Source: Tubulanus polymorphus
Lineage: Eukaryota; Animalia; Nemertea
Direction of reading: 5' to 3'
Length of the DNA stretch: 64,000 bases
Assembly (NCBI RefSeq): GCF_964204645.1
Contig: NC_134028.1
Span: 2,914,001-2,978,000, forward strand
Each line of letters starts with the position of its first letter. Position 1 is the first letter of the stretch. Under the pieces are notes generated by a model, which was not told where the DNA came from, ran no database searches, and saw only the letters and a program-made list of their open reading frames with translations. The position numbers were made by a program, and so were the translations under genes. Of this stretch, positions 33,268-45,112 are shown piece by piece.

Positions 33268-33510
33268 AGTTGTCGAATAAACACTATAATCCGTGTAAAC
33301 TGTAGATAAATGAAGAAATCCCACACTTCGAATTTGAAATTATACGATCAAATTTATTATTACGAAACCACAACGTTTCGGCTGTTGACTAACAGCCATC
33401 ATCAGGTGGAATGATGATGGCTGTTAGTCAACAGCTGAAACGTTGTGGTTTCGTAATAATAAATTTGATAGTATAATTTCAAATTCGATATGTGGGATTT
33501 CTTCATTTAT
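33268..33510. mobile_element. Penelope-like retroelement remnant (inverted pseudo-LTR palindrome) with 12-bp TSD
   Basis: 100-bp inverted arms at 33305-33404 and 33412-33511 with a 7-nt loop. CACACACAAGTT flanks it at 33256-33267 and 33511-33522. Contains a hammerhead core. Confidence 0.75.
33368..33409 (-). ncRNA. Minimal type I hammerhead ribozyme
   Basis: Minus strand reads CCAC-CUGAUGA-U-GGCUGUU-AGUC-AACAGCC-GAAAC-GUU-GUGG: intact core, 7-bp stem II, 4-bp stem I, minimal palindromic stem III (AACGUU). Confidence 0.75.
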
Positions 33511-35511
33511 CACACACAAGTTTCTTTATGTTCGTCTTAGGAAATTTCAATAGAATACACTTCTCAAAACAGATGCCATCGATCGATATATCGAAGTCCT
33601 GCGCTTAACACGAACCACGAGTTTAGGAAGCAGTCCATTCGATCAGGATCTGGATAATGATGGTCTGGGCAGAACTTCATCAAATGGAATTTTCTAACTA
33701 AATATAAAACGAAGATTCATTAATCGTTAAATCATACGTTCTACATGCGAGGAAAATGTTGCTAATTCCTGTGGTCATCATCAATGAAATCGCACTTGAT
33801 ATAGTTTCCATTTATGAGCACTCTCTTATAATGATTTCCCTTTAAAACCGGACTCATTGTTTTCATATCCCTGATTTATCTACTGCACCCTACCATCCTA
33901 ATATATATACAGCCAATTTAATCGCAGACATCCATTTTTCCTACAGCGATATATAGATATCAAAATAGTCATCAAAAAGCAGGTCAAGAGTTATTTTTCA
34001 GACTCCTTCTACGAAGCACTCGATCCATACAAGGATAAAAATACAATATAATGTATTGTACACTTGTTGGTTAATAATATTTCAAGATTTCGACGAATAA
34101 TCTCCGTTTGAGAAGGTAAAGGGTTAATTACCGCTGGTGGCTAAACGACACATTTATATCATACTCACGCAGAACGATAATTAGATATTATCATATATGA
34201 CGCATTAAAAATGTCGGCGAGCTCACTAGACTCGTCTGAAGGCAGTTTCTGAAACTATTAATTTTTGTGACGTCGTATGATCAAAATACCTGCATGACTC
34301 CCTTTTCGTGAGTTAGAACTCAAAAGAGTTCACTTACATTATCGAAAGAGTCGCGAGTAAGAACTCAAAAGAGTTCACTTATTTCATCTAAAGAGTCAAA
34401 TAAACCAGGTGTCGAGGATACAAGAACTATTTCGTACTATTCCACATTTGGGATTTTGAAAACTATACGCCTAGATAACATTCACCGAGGATAATTTCAT
34501 GAAGAACACAAGCTGACTGGCGTGTGTACAGATATATTGAATTTCTAATTAAACTTCCCCGGTTCCCAACACAACACCATCTCGTTTGATTAAACATAAA
34601 CACACAACTTGTTATTACCCCGAAAATTACGGCAACAGCACTCAGCTGTTTAGAAGAGATACTTTACTGAAAAGCTATGAAGTTCATACAAACACAACGT
34701 TAAAATGCTCGGATTAAAAATGATGGCTAAGTCAATAACGTACAAGGTGCAGAAATCTCGAGTAATTCGAGGCTACTCGACGAGGCTGCTTCATCAACTC
34801 TCAAAATTGATGACTGAGTGAATCATATTTTGTACCGAATCGTTAACGACATCCATAAGATCCCTTTGTCTGTTTTAACTTTAAGATAACATCTTACGAA
34901 TCATACAATTTGCTTTGACTTCTCGTAAATTAAGTGAAAGTAGATCCTATGATATCGATGAAGAACTGCTAAATGAAAATGTGAATAAAAATCGAAAATC
35001 AACACGCTATTCTAAAAATAAAATCTCAAGTGGTGTGATAATTCTAAAAATGCAGTTGGTCTGTAAGCAGAAATTGAATGAACTAGGCCTATATTTCAGG
35101 CAATATATCCTCCTCTTCAAATTGGATTCCCAGAAAAAAGTTTTTAAGTTTTTTCCCTCTAATAAAAAAGGGACATAACATAAAAATATTTGCACCGGAT
35201 AATCGTGTATGGCTGCATATAAGTAATGTACAAACAGGGAGCTGTACGATTGAACGACCGATTCAGTTCTTTATGGTGCTTTCATAGAAAACAACGTTGA
35301 CACAGAATCGAGCCTCAATATCTCTTCTGTCGGTCAGTCCACTTTTCCTGGCAAAATAGTTCCTTATTTAGATTGTACCTAGATGTCTGTAGTAATACGA
35401 AACGACAATACGAACAGTGGTTATTCAGTACAAATTGATAATCTGAGTAAGAAAATTCCATCTAGGCCTATTTCAAAATAGATTCTTGTTATTAACAGGG
35501 ACCTTCCTCCT

Positions 35512-35847
35512 GCACCCAATACAGTACCCAATACAGCACCAAATACAGTAACCAATACAGCACCAAATACAGTAACCAATACAGCATCCAATACAGTAAC
35601 CAATACAGCATCCAATACAGTAGGCTACCCAATACAGCACCAAATACAGTAACCAATACAGCATCCAATACAGTACCCAATACAGTAACCAATACAGCAC
35701 CCAATACAGTAACCAATACAGCACCCAATACAGTACCCAATACAGTAACCAATACAGTAACCAATACAGTACCCAATACAGTAACCAATACAGTACCCAA
35801 TACAGCACCCAATACAGTAACCAATACAGTACCCAATACAGCACCCA
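35512..35847. repeat. 12-bp tandem minisatellite (CCAATACAGTAA/GTAC/GCAC variants), about 28 copies
   Basis: Read directly; it produces the spurious LYWV/GYCI repeat ORFs. Confidence 0.95.
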
Positions 35848-36482
35848 TCGAAAACAACAACATTAGATAAGACACAGTAGATTGTGGAATGCCGAATTGC
35901 CTTTGGTGATTGTCGTCTTGAATTTTTCATGTATCCAAGCGGGAAACGTTCGAATGCAGCAGAAACGTGAAAGGAATGACATGAATCAGATTTACCCAGA
36001 ATAAACCCCGGTATGACTGTATAGAACGAGATACTGCCTGTATGGTGCAGCAGGACCGTGCTGTCGTTATCACACCAGACAGTGCGTCGTTATACCTGTT
36101 GCCGAGTGACTCACTGTCTGTTGCATTAGTTGCATCTCGAGGACAATCGGATTCATCGATCACGAATATATAGATTTCGCTTTCAATTACAGAACCCAGG
36201 TGATAATGGCTGGTTAAAAAGTTTAAAATGCACGGTTTATCAATAATGGACATGAAATTCATATGAAATTCAGACGTAAAGCGCGAGCCTCGAAATCACC
36301 TTCAAAAATCCGATATAACTTTCAATCATTTAAACCAGTCCAAAGTCAAGCGCCAAGTCACCCGTTATCATATCTATAAGATTTAGAAGTATTTGATACA
36401 AAGCAAGTACCGACTAGTCGTAAACCTTATGAACCAGGTAGGCCTACAACAGAAATTGGGGTAACGGAACAACTTGGTGGCT

Positions 36483-36548
36483 GTCTAATCAGTGAGTTAA
36501 CCAGTCTAATCAGTGAGTTAACAAGTCTAATCAGTGAGTTAACAAGTC
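36483..36548. repeat. 21-bp tandem repeat, 3 copies
   Basis: GTCTAATCAGTGAGTTAAC(C/A)A repeated three times. Confidence 0.9.
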
Positions 36549-38922
36549 CAAGGCAGAGATAACAATATTATCAGATGTAACTAAATAATTGTTTTAGGTA
36601 ATAATAACACAAGACAGATTCTTGTTCAGCGCTTTCTGAGAACAGTGGTTCACACACAGACACACACGCGGCTTTGAAAGATCTGCTGTAATCTGACAGT
36701 AATAAGATCAAATCAGATACAAAATTTCTAGAATACCGATCAAAAGCCATGATCACACGAATGCTTTTGGCCCGTGCCAGATTAGGCCCAGGCAAAAGGC
36801 TCACACGGGTACCAAATGGGTAAATACCTATTCGACAGAGGCCCACCAATCATACCGAACTATATCCAAGCCAAAGTTTACAAGCAAAATGATTGCATGT
36901 AAAATATGCACTCTCTAATTAAGCGTGGGCCAAATTGTCTCCAAGTGATGGCAATTCATATATGAGTAATCTACTGGGCAGATGTGAACTGCGAGAACTG
37001 GTGGTTAATTTGTCAGATGTTCCAATGGTAGGCCTACTGGATGCGTGCATAGCAAATTAGATAATCGTAGATGGAATTTAGGAGAGACGTGTCAGTGAGA
37101 CTCCCAGAGATAAACAATGAAATCATAGGTTATAAATAATCTATTCTGAATAACCACGACATATTTGTAGTAGACAAAGAATCGATGGTTGTGTTGGTGT
37201 AAGCCACTACTGCTGACCACAATCCACACTTCTTATCCAAAATCAATACATACATGGATGCTGAGGTAGCCACAACATCAGCAGCCGTAAATTACACCCG
37301 CGCCTATATACGGATTTGCTGCACACCTGGGAAGAAATCGATAATAAGGGCATGGAAGTGTCCTATCCGAAATAGAGGCCAACTACGATGATATGAAATA
37401 ATAGATGAGAGAGTCGGAGCTCTATCGACTAATGATGGATGTTTGGTATCATTATACCCGTAACAAATTCACCCTAGAAACAAGAGGTCCGTAGAGAAAT
37501 ATACCGATTACATCTTCTACATAGTCAAATAGCCATCTAAAGTGATACCAGGTGAATATACACTGTGGCCACTCAACACAACGTTCACGTCGATATCAAA
37601 AATATATGCATGACAGGATTTATATAGTTTCATCATTATGTAATTGCATGGAATTCATTTTAGCTATGAATAAATTATGGGCAAAAATATTGAATTCTGA
37701 GGGTTCTCTTCGATAGGATCGCTGCTTCTTCAACTTAAACTTCATTCCTTAAAAAAAAACATTCTATGTCAGCTTATATTCAATATCTATACAGCGATCG
37801 TAGGTAATTGTTAAAAGCACGTATCTGCAAACCGTATTGCCGGTAGCAGAAATCCGATGATTGGCTGCGTTTTGGTGAATGAACAATTATTGATGACAGG
37901 ATTTTGAATCAATCGATCATTTCTACGACGGGAGAAACATACAGTTCACTTAAACAAAGTCTATATCAATTATATCAGAGATTAGGTAGAGGCCTACAGA
38001 ACCCATCTGAGGAAAACGGATTTACTGAACGCGAAAACGTCTGACCAAGACTTATGTGATTAAATCTGAATCTAATCCTCTCATCAGAGAAGGTTTCATC
38101 GATAGGTTCACAAATTCACAATATCGATTAATTAACTTTTAACGAGGTTTCACGTTTACATTGAACAAGGGTTTCATGTTTCACAAGAGCTACCTACTGT
38201 CTGTCACCTCGACAAAACTATACACCAATCCTGAAGTATTTCACTAGGAGTAAATTAGTTTAAATCATGAATAAATACTCAGACAATCGTTTTATCATCA
38301 AACTACTTCTATCCTCTGTCCAAAACAATACATGCCACTGGATAAATTACATGAATTCATAATTCAAGCTGGTAAATACATTGTTATTCGAGCTAATTTT
38401 AGCAAGGCTGAAGCATGAGATAAAAAGAGACTAAAAACTATTATTCATACTGGACTCGTGCAGATAGTTTTTTTTAAAGTTTTATGGAACAATTAACTGT
38501 ACAAATCATCCAGTTATTAAGTACTTATTAATGTTCTGATTTGATAAGCTTTTTACAATAGACCGGTTTAGAGCACGGGAAATTAAACCTTTTTATGTAC
38601 AATTATCTTTAGGAACAAACCTATTGATAGGACTTGAAGCTGTCTATACCATTTCAATTTTCGAGTGAGGATAATCCTTTATCAGAGTTATATAAGCGAA
38701 TATGGATTTGGTAATCTTAGGTTTAATCTGGGTTTGACTTGTTTAGACATGACCGCTTATATTTATGACCTTTGTGCGAGGACTATTATGAATTCTTTGA
38801 TGAAAACATGAAGTAAATGAAACACACTCTGAGATTAGCCATTTTAAACATAAGTTTGCCTCGAAAAAATTGCTGACCCTAAGATACACTTACCTAACAC
38901 ATTGATTCAGTAATTATAGATA

Positions 38923-40056
38923 TCATGGTTTATTCTCTTCATTCTCTTGTCCCATCGTGATGCGCGGACTTTCATACGTCTGCAGGTTCTCCGTCACGGT
39001 ACTAGGTGGCGCTATCTCTAAAGTTAAATTCGGATCTACAACCGGTATTACCTGGATACTTCCTTGAGACGTATTATGAGAGTTGATACCGTTCATTTCG
39101 TTGACGTTCGGCATGCTGTTATACGGCGGAGCCGGCGACGCGGGAACGTTCGTCTCGGTCGTCGTCGTCGTTACGATTATCGGCGGCGACGAGACGGCCG
39201 GTTCGTCGTCGTCGAGTCTCTCTCGAGAATAATACGGGGGCGGGGGTAAATTGTGTCGGATCGTCTCCGGCGCTGGAAGCATGTATAAAATTTGATTGTT
39301 TCCCGACTCGGCCGGTTGAATTATATACGCTCCGTGCGGTAACGAGAATATTCCTCCGGTTCGACCCGGATGTGGTTGGAATATCGCGATCTGTTGCCCT
39401 TCGGTCGGGCAATACGGGTAACCATACGGAGGCGGGTTTAATATTCCCTGACAGCAAACCGTCTTACAACAAATAGTCGATGACACGATCGCGCAGATTC
39501 CTTGAATGAACGCGATCACCAGAATCAGACTATGCACGACCATCACTTGACTATTTTTGAGATGAGTTTGTTCGAGGAAGTCGATGACGATACCTGCAGC
39601 CGAGAAACCGACGAGCATCAGAGCGACGACCGATGAAATTATCGATAGCACCAAAAACGCGATGATCGTGCAGTTGTCTTTGCGTTTCGAGCAGATTATT
39701 CCGACGATCCCGGACGATATGAAAAACGCGCCCGTCCAAATTCCGGCGCCGACGAAATAACCCCAGGCCATCGACGCGATGGCGACCGTCGCGAGGATGA
39801 TCGCCGCGACGCCCGACAGGAGCTGAATGACTCCGAGAACGAGCGTTCGATCGTGCGCGAATCCCGGACGCAGAGTTACGTTTCCGCCGCGAGCGCTCTG
39901 CGTGCTCTGTTGTCGCGTCGTCGTCACCTGACTGGAGAGTAACGGTTGAGCCGCAGCGGTCGGAGTTCTCCTACGATGTCGTCGTGACGACTGCTCCTGC
40001 GGCTGTAAAGCTCCTCCGCTTTGTTGCTGTACTTCATTCGATTCGGCCAACACCAT
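38923..40056 (-). CDS. CD20/MS4A-like four-transmembrane protein with a long PY-motif tail
   Basis: 377-aa single coding exon. Motifs LVLGVIQLLSG, GAGIWTGAFFISSGIVGI, FLVLSIISS and ICAIVSSTICCKTVCC typical of CD20-like proteins; tail with PPPYG, PPPPYY and PPYN. Confidence 0.8.
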   Translation of the reverse strand: MVLAESNEVQQQSGGALQPQEQSSRRHRRRTPTAAAQPLLSSQVTTTRQQSTQSARGGNVTLRPGFAHDRTLVLGVIQLLSGVAAIILATVAIASMAWGYFVGAGIWTGAFFISSGIVGIICSKRKDNCTIIAFLVLSIISSVVALMLVGFSAAGIVIDFLEQTHLKNSQVMVVHSLILVIAFIQGICAIVSSTICCKTVCCQGILNPPPYGYPYCPTEGQQIAIFQPHPGRTGGIFSLPHGAYIIQPAESGNNQILYMLPAPETIRHNLPPPPYYSRERLDDDEPAVSSPPIIVTTTTTETNVPASPAPPYNSMPNVNEMNGINSHNTSQGSIQVIPVVDPNLTLEIAPPSTVTENLQTYESPRITMGQENEENKP

Positions 40057-40814
40057 TTTGTCGATGAAATCTCAAATATTCATTCCTCGTCTAACTGATA
40101 GGACGTGTATACACAACGCTGGCTGGCATAGCAGCTGGGATTAAATACCCTGAAAATAAATAATGGTTTAAAAAGTCTGCAGGAATATAATGCAGTTCAG
40201 TTAGTGACAGATTGTATTTTGTTATGCTATTATTTGGCTTTACTCCAAAACATTATGGTTTACAGTTTTACAGTTTATTTTACACCAGTAAATCGACCAC
40301 CAGCAAGCTGTAGGCCTAAAGCATAGCATGAAAATAGTCAGCTATTGATTATTCACAAATTTGGTTCTTCAAAACAGGGTCTCAACACGAAAAGCTGGGT
40401 AACAAACCGGACAAAGAGCCATCCTTACATATACACATTCTACTAAACTGGAGGAGCGATCAACTAGATTCTGTAGTACATTCTGTGGTTCATGTATGAA
40501 AACTGATTAAAAAGGAGTGGTTCGTTCATTGAAGAACCCGCCCGGTGACAATAAACAACACATGAACACAAAAAATTAACATTGAAATTCTTTTGACGTT
40601 AATTACAATAATGACGTTATTTAGACAGTCGAATTCATCACAACAATTTAATCTCAGAATCCACCAACAACAGTAATCATACTCTACTCACGCTACGGGT
40701 TAGGCTTAGTGACGTACAGGCTACGTATCGAGAGACTCTTGCCGACTGTTTTTCTCTGCACACAATGCATGCAATGACAGCTGATCCGTAGCCTCTCATG
40801 TTAACACCGGCGTG

Positions 40815-40844
40815 ATTGGCCGATCGACTTAAGCTTCGACCAAT
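40815..40844. promoter_or_regulatory. Oppositely oriented CCAAT boxes in a putative bidirectional promoter (MS4A-like / PSMD10)
   Basis: ATTGG at 40815-40819 and CCAAT at 40840-40844, between divergent genes whose ATGs are about 830 bp apart. Confidence 0.5.
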
Positions 40845-40881
40845 CGAACACGATCTAACGGATTGAGTGGGAAATTCCAAA

Positions 40882-42204
40882 ATGTCGGACAGTGAGGTTT
40901 GTCAGGCCGCTTACGAGGGAAACATCAATGATTTTAAGCGTAAGACGGTTGACGATCGGAGTTTACTCGTTAAAGTAGATGGGGTTCGTAAAATTGAATT
41001 GGTTATTGCTGATTGTTGAAATTGTTATTGGCCTTAACGTGTATGTTTTCGCTTGAAAATGGGCTATGATGACTTAGCATTTATAACGACTAGTTCGCCA
41101 TCTAGCGGATTCTTGTGCCGTGGGTGATGGTGGCAGCACCGGCTAGTGCTGTTTGCGATGGTGCGGTTCGCGGGCTGCTCCTGTTTTTTCGGCCGTTGAT
41201 AATGATAAATTCTTTTTGTTTAGACTGGCAGAGTTCCACTTCACTGGGCTGCCTCTGGCGGACACACCGAATTGGTTCGATTCCTTTTAGCACAAAATGT
41301 AGACATAGATACCAGAGATGAGGTGAGTCACTACTGGACTGAGTTGTGGATACTTCATAAACCGGTACTGGTAGTAAATATTTAATTGCTGTCAATTTAT
41401 TTCCACTTTTAGTCAAACTGGACGCCTTTGATGATAGCATCTTCAGCTGGTAGAGATGAAATAGTGAAAGATCTTCTTGCAAAGGGCGCATCAGTAAATG
41501 TTATAAATAGCACTGGTCAATGTCCTTTACATTATGCGGCATCCAAAGACAGATTTGCGGTATGTTGTCGCTAATGAAAATGCACTGTTTCAGACTCACA
41601 ACTGCAGAACTTGGTTCTTATTTCATTTCTCTATGAATATCTCAATCGTAGATAGCGGAATTGTTGTTAGAGAAAGGAGCAAACCCGAACATCGGAGACT
41701 GGGTTCAGCAAACACCTCTCCACAGAGCCGCATCGAAAGGTCACACGAAAATGGTGAAATTACTTTTATCGTATAACGCTGACCCGGACCATCCAGATGA
41801 AGTCGGAAATACACCAATGTAAGTTGTGATGGCAATTTAGAATTTTAATTGTTGCCTGATTGAAAAACACAATTCAGGAACTACCAGGGTTACTTGTAAA
41901 ATGGTGTTGCTTCCATGATTTGTAGTAAAAGTACAGTTAAATGAATTAAACTTGATTAATTAATTTAGGCATATGGCTTGTGAGGATGAGATGTCCGATG
42001 CTGTGAAGTTGTTATTTCAACACGGAGCAAGTGTAACCATTAAAAATAAGGTGAGCAATTTTATCAAATTCCCTTCGATGGAAAATATTCTCATTTTCAC
42101 GTCATGCATTTTATATATTGTTTTAGGATGAAAAATCTGCGTTAGATTTGGCGCCTCCGGGTTTGAAACGAACCTTACAAACAATTCCGGAACCGATGTC
42201 GTGA
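40882..42204 (+). CDS. PSMD10: 26S proteasome non-ATPase regulatory subunit 10 (gankyrin), 6 exons
   Basis: Spliced protein MSDSEVCQAAYEG...TGRVPLHWAASGGHTELV...SNWTPLMIASSAGRDEIV...TGQCPLHYAASKDR...TPLHRAASKGHTKMV...GNTPMHMACEDE...KNKDEKSALDLA. TGA at 42202-42204. Not recovered in the ORF track because the exons are short. Confidence 0.93.
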
Positions 42205-42516
42205 CCTCTTTACGGTATTAAACTCGATGAAATGAATTATGAACAGTAAACAGGAAGGAAACTTGTGTATTTGTTTTACTCTTGCATAGAAGACTTATGT
42301 CTTCATTTCTTTCTAAATGTTTAACTAAAACGCTATACAAGTTAGTCAAATATCAACTTTAAATCTGCAAAGATCTGAGTTAAATACATGTATATCTTTT
42401 GCTTAAAGAAGGTTGTGAAAATTTATGCGTTTTATGTAATCAGATTGTATATGTACATTGTAAATTGTATGTTTATGTAGTAGATTAAAGGTATTGATTA
42501 TAAGTACCCGGTCCCG

Positions 42517-42814
42517 TCTTGTTCTTTGCTTTATCAGGAGACATTATTTTCTGGTATTCAAGTTGCATATGTTGCGGGACCAACATTCATCAATAGGGAA
42601 GCCAAAAGGGCCTAGACTGACTGCTGTTCTATTAGTTGCGGGACGAAAGATTGCCCTGAAAAATGCCGTTCTTTTTCATTAGGGCACGTGATAATTGAAC
42701 GTACTCCTTGTGCTCCCTTTTGGTCCCACCTGGATCTTGTTCTTTGCTTTATCAGGAGACATTATTTTCTGGTATTCAAGTTGCATATGTTGCGAGACCA
42801 ACATTCATCAATAG
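42517..42814. repeat. 80-bp direct repeats (42517-42596 and 42735-42814) around a 138-bp spacer
   Basis: TCTTGTTCTTTGC...CATCAATAG occurs twice with one mismatch (GCGGGAC vs GCGAGAC). Confidence 0.9.
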
Positions 42815-43151
42815 ATTGATAGATTAATGAGTTTAGGAAATATCTATGATGTTGGTAATGATTAAGGGATATCTATAACGTTTTTAAAAAAAGTTAAGAA
42901 CTGTCTTGTTGCATGTTTATCAGTTAAGTTAATATTTTCTGGTATATCTATGACGTGGTTTTTGACGCGCTATACTGGAGTGGTGGTGCAATCACACCGT
43001 TAATCAATCGACTATTTATAGTGTATTACAGCACGTCTGTCCAGAGACTTGAATACGAGCCAATCGTACAGTATATAAAGCCTCATTCGTCGTCCTGCAA
43101 TAAACATTATTAAGGAACCTCACCCAGGAAAGTCGTGATATCAAAACAATC

Positions 43152-45112
43152 ATGGCAATGGCATACGTTAATGAAGACTTTTCACAGTCTACCGAAAAAA
43201 ATGCTGCTGACGGATTTGATGAATTGGTCGAACGCAAAAAGAGGTAAACTATTCATTTCTAAAAATTATCGACACTGCCTGTCTCTGATAATTTATCCGA
43301 ATCATCATGAATGTCTACTAAGTCTATTAATTAGTAAATTGATGAATATGATCGAAAATGAAAATCATTTACCTTCGAATTTCAGAGAGACTATGTACGA
43401 ACTGAGACAGTTACAGCTCGGGGAAAAGCCAGTTACAGGACGAGATTCTATCAATAAACTCGATAGTTTTTTCGGTAAACGCATGGAAGTAGTAAAACAA
43501 GCGGAACACGCTAACGTACCAGTGAACACCGATAGAGTTGAGGAGCACCGACCAGAATCTGTGGTCGTCGAAGTGACGACTTTGTTCGAGAATCGCCCGG
43601 TCACATCGGTTCTGCAGTCGACGACATTTAGGAGACAACTGGAAAATATCGTTAGATCTAGCATTTCAGAATACCACAGAGCAGCATCAGCTGCGCCTGC
43701 ACCTGCGCCAGTACGACCTGCTCCCGCTGCACGATCGCCTCCCGCTGTAATTCCACCACCGCCTCTTCCACCGTCACATCGGGCTGTTGAACAAATTCCC
43801 GAAGAAGATGATATCTCATTTGAAAGCAGCTCCGACTCTTTGGGTCAGTATAAAAAAAACTCTGCAGAGCCAGAAATTAAAATTCTTTCTCCATTTATTA
43901 TAAAATGACGATTGAATTGATTCGTTTTTATTGAATATTCTTTTTCCAATTTCCAGGAGCCGTAAATAATTGGTTCAGTGGTGAAAATAGTCGGTAAGAA
44001 TATTTCAAATACATTTATATTCATCATTTAATTATCCGTCATTCGTTGGGGATTTGATGGAATATCGAATACTGTTTTTTTAGGACTGGTTCTGGCATTG
44101 TTATTTCTAATGATGAATGGACGCGTACTGTGAATATATTAGAAGATAGGAGAGAAGATCTCGTCGCTGATATTAGCGAATTGGTCCGTAGACAGCTCGT
44201 CACATCAACCTTAGAGAGTCCCACTCGAGATCGTCTAGAATCTACCGTTCTGGTAAGCTTCTTCACATTGAATATACATCTAAACATGATATGTTTGAAA
44301 TCATGAAAAAAGGATTTGTTCAGTGAGAATAACTAATCTACTATTCTCCTTTTCAGTCTCATTTAAACAGTACGGGTACCGATGGACGTCGAGTTGCTGA
44401 ATATATCAACACAATTCATTCTAATGACATCATTCATAGAAATGATTTCTCTAATCTGGGTATCATGCCACCAGTGGATAACTCTGATAGCCTGAGCATG
44501 ATTTCTGCAACCGCACACACAGTTCCTTATTCACAGGTGAATACTATTTTTTAAAGTTTAGTCTTATCTTCTAAAGAAGTGTAAGACTATCAATTTAACA
44601 ATTTAACAAATTACCGAATTTCATTGAAAATGTAATTTTTAAATAGAGTAATCGCGCACTGCACCAACAAATGAAATCAATGAAGGATCAATTTGAGGAA
44701 CTGAAGAAAATGATGCAGTTGAGTTTGGATATGCAAATGGATCTACAGCGATCTATCAGGCAAGAAGTTGCTGCATCATTATCAGGTACGTAGCTATAAC
44801 TTCTAATAAATGTTACGTAAATGTGTATAAGTGTGTTGATAATGATCTTATTTTACTTTTTCAGCCGTGAATGAGCCTTCGAGCGCCGCCGCTACTACGG
44901 CTTCCAGATATCAATCATACCCGGCGAATGACAATCAGTGTTTGATATGTTTGGAAAATGATGCTGATACTGTGCTCTATCAGTGCGGTCACCTGTGCAT
45001 GTGTCAAGGATGCGCGTACGCCTTGAAAGAAAGGAGCGCCAAATGTCCCGTGTGCCGGGCACCAATCAAAGACATGTTGAGGGTTTATAAGTGTAGCATT
45101 AATAAATCGTAG
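43152..45112 (+). CDS. Uncharacterised protein with C-terminal C3HC4 RING finger (putative E3 ligase)
   Basis: ATG at 43152 (MAMAYVNEDF...ERKKS|KLMNMIE). Repeated helical motif (EVTTLFENRPVTSVLQSTTFRRQLE; DISELVRRQLVTSTLESPTRDRLE), coiled coil LSLDMQMDLQRSIRQEVAASL, RING CLICLE...CGHLCMCQGC...CPVCRAPI. Confidence 0.85.

Noticed and set aside
35421-35930. Repetitive ORFs (LYWV, GYCI, VLVT)
   Set aside because: They are translations of the 12-bp minisatellite, with no splice or homology support.
41102-41835. ORF-track ORFs overlapping PSMD10
   Set aside because: They are antisense or off-frame shadows of PSMD10 exons.
43135-43908. 257-aa ORF as a stand-alone gene
   Set aside because: Its N-terminal part is off-frame or intronic; the valid portion is exon 2 of the RING gene.
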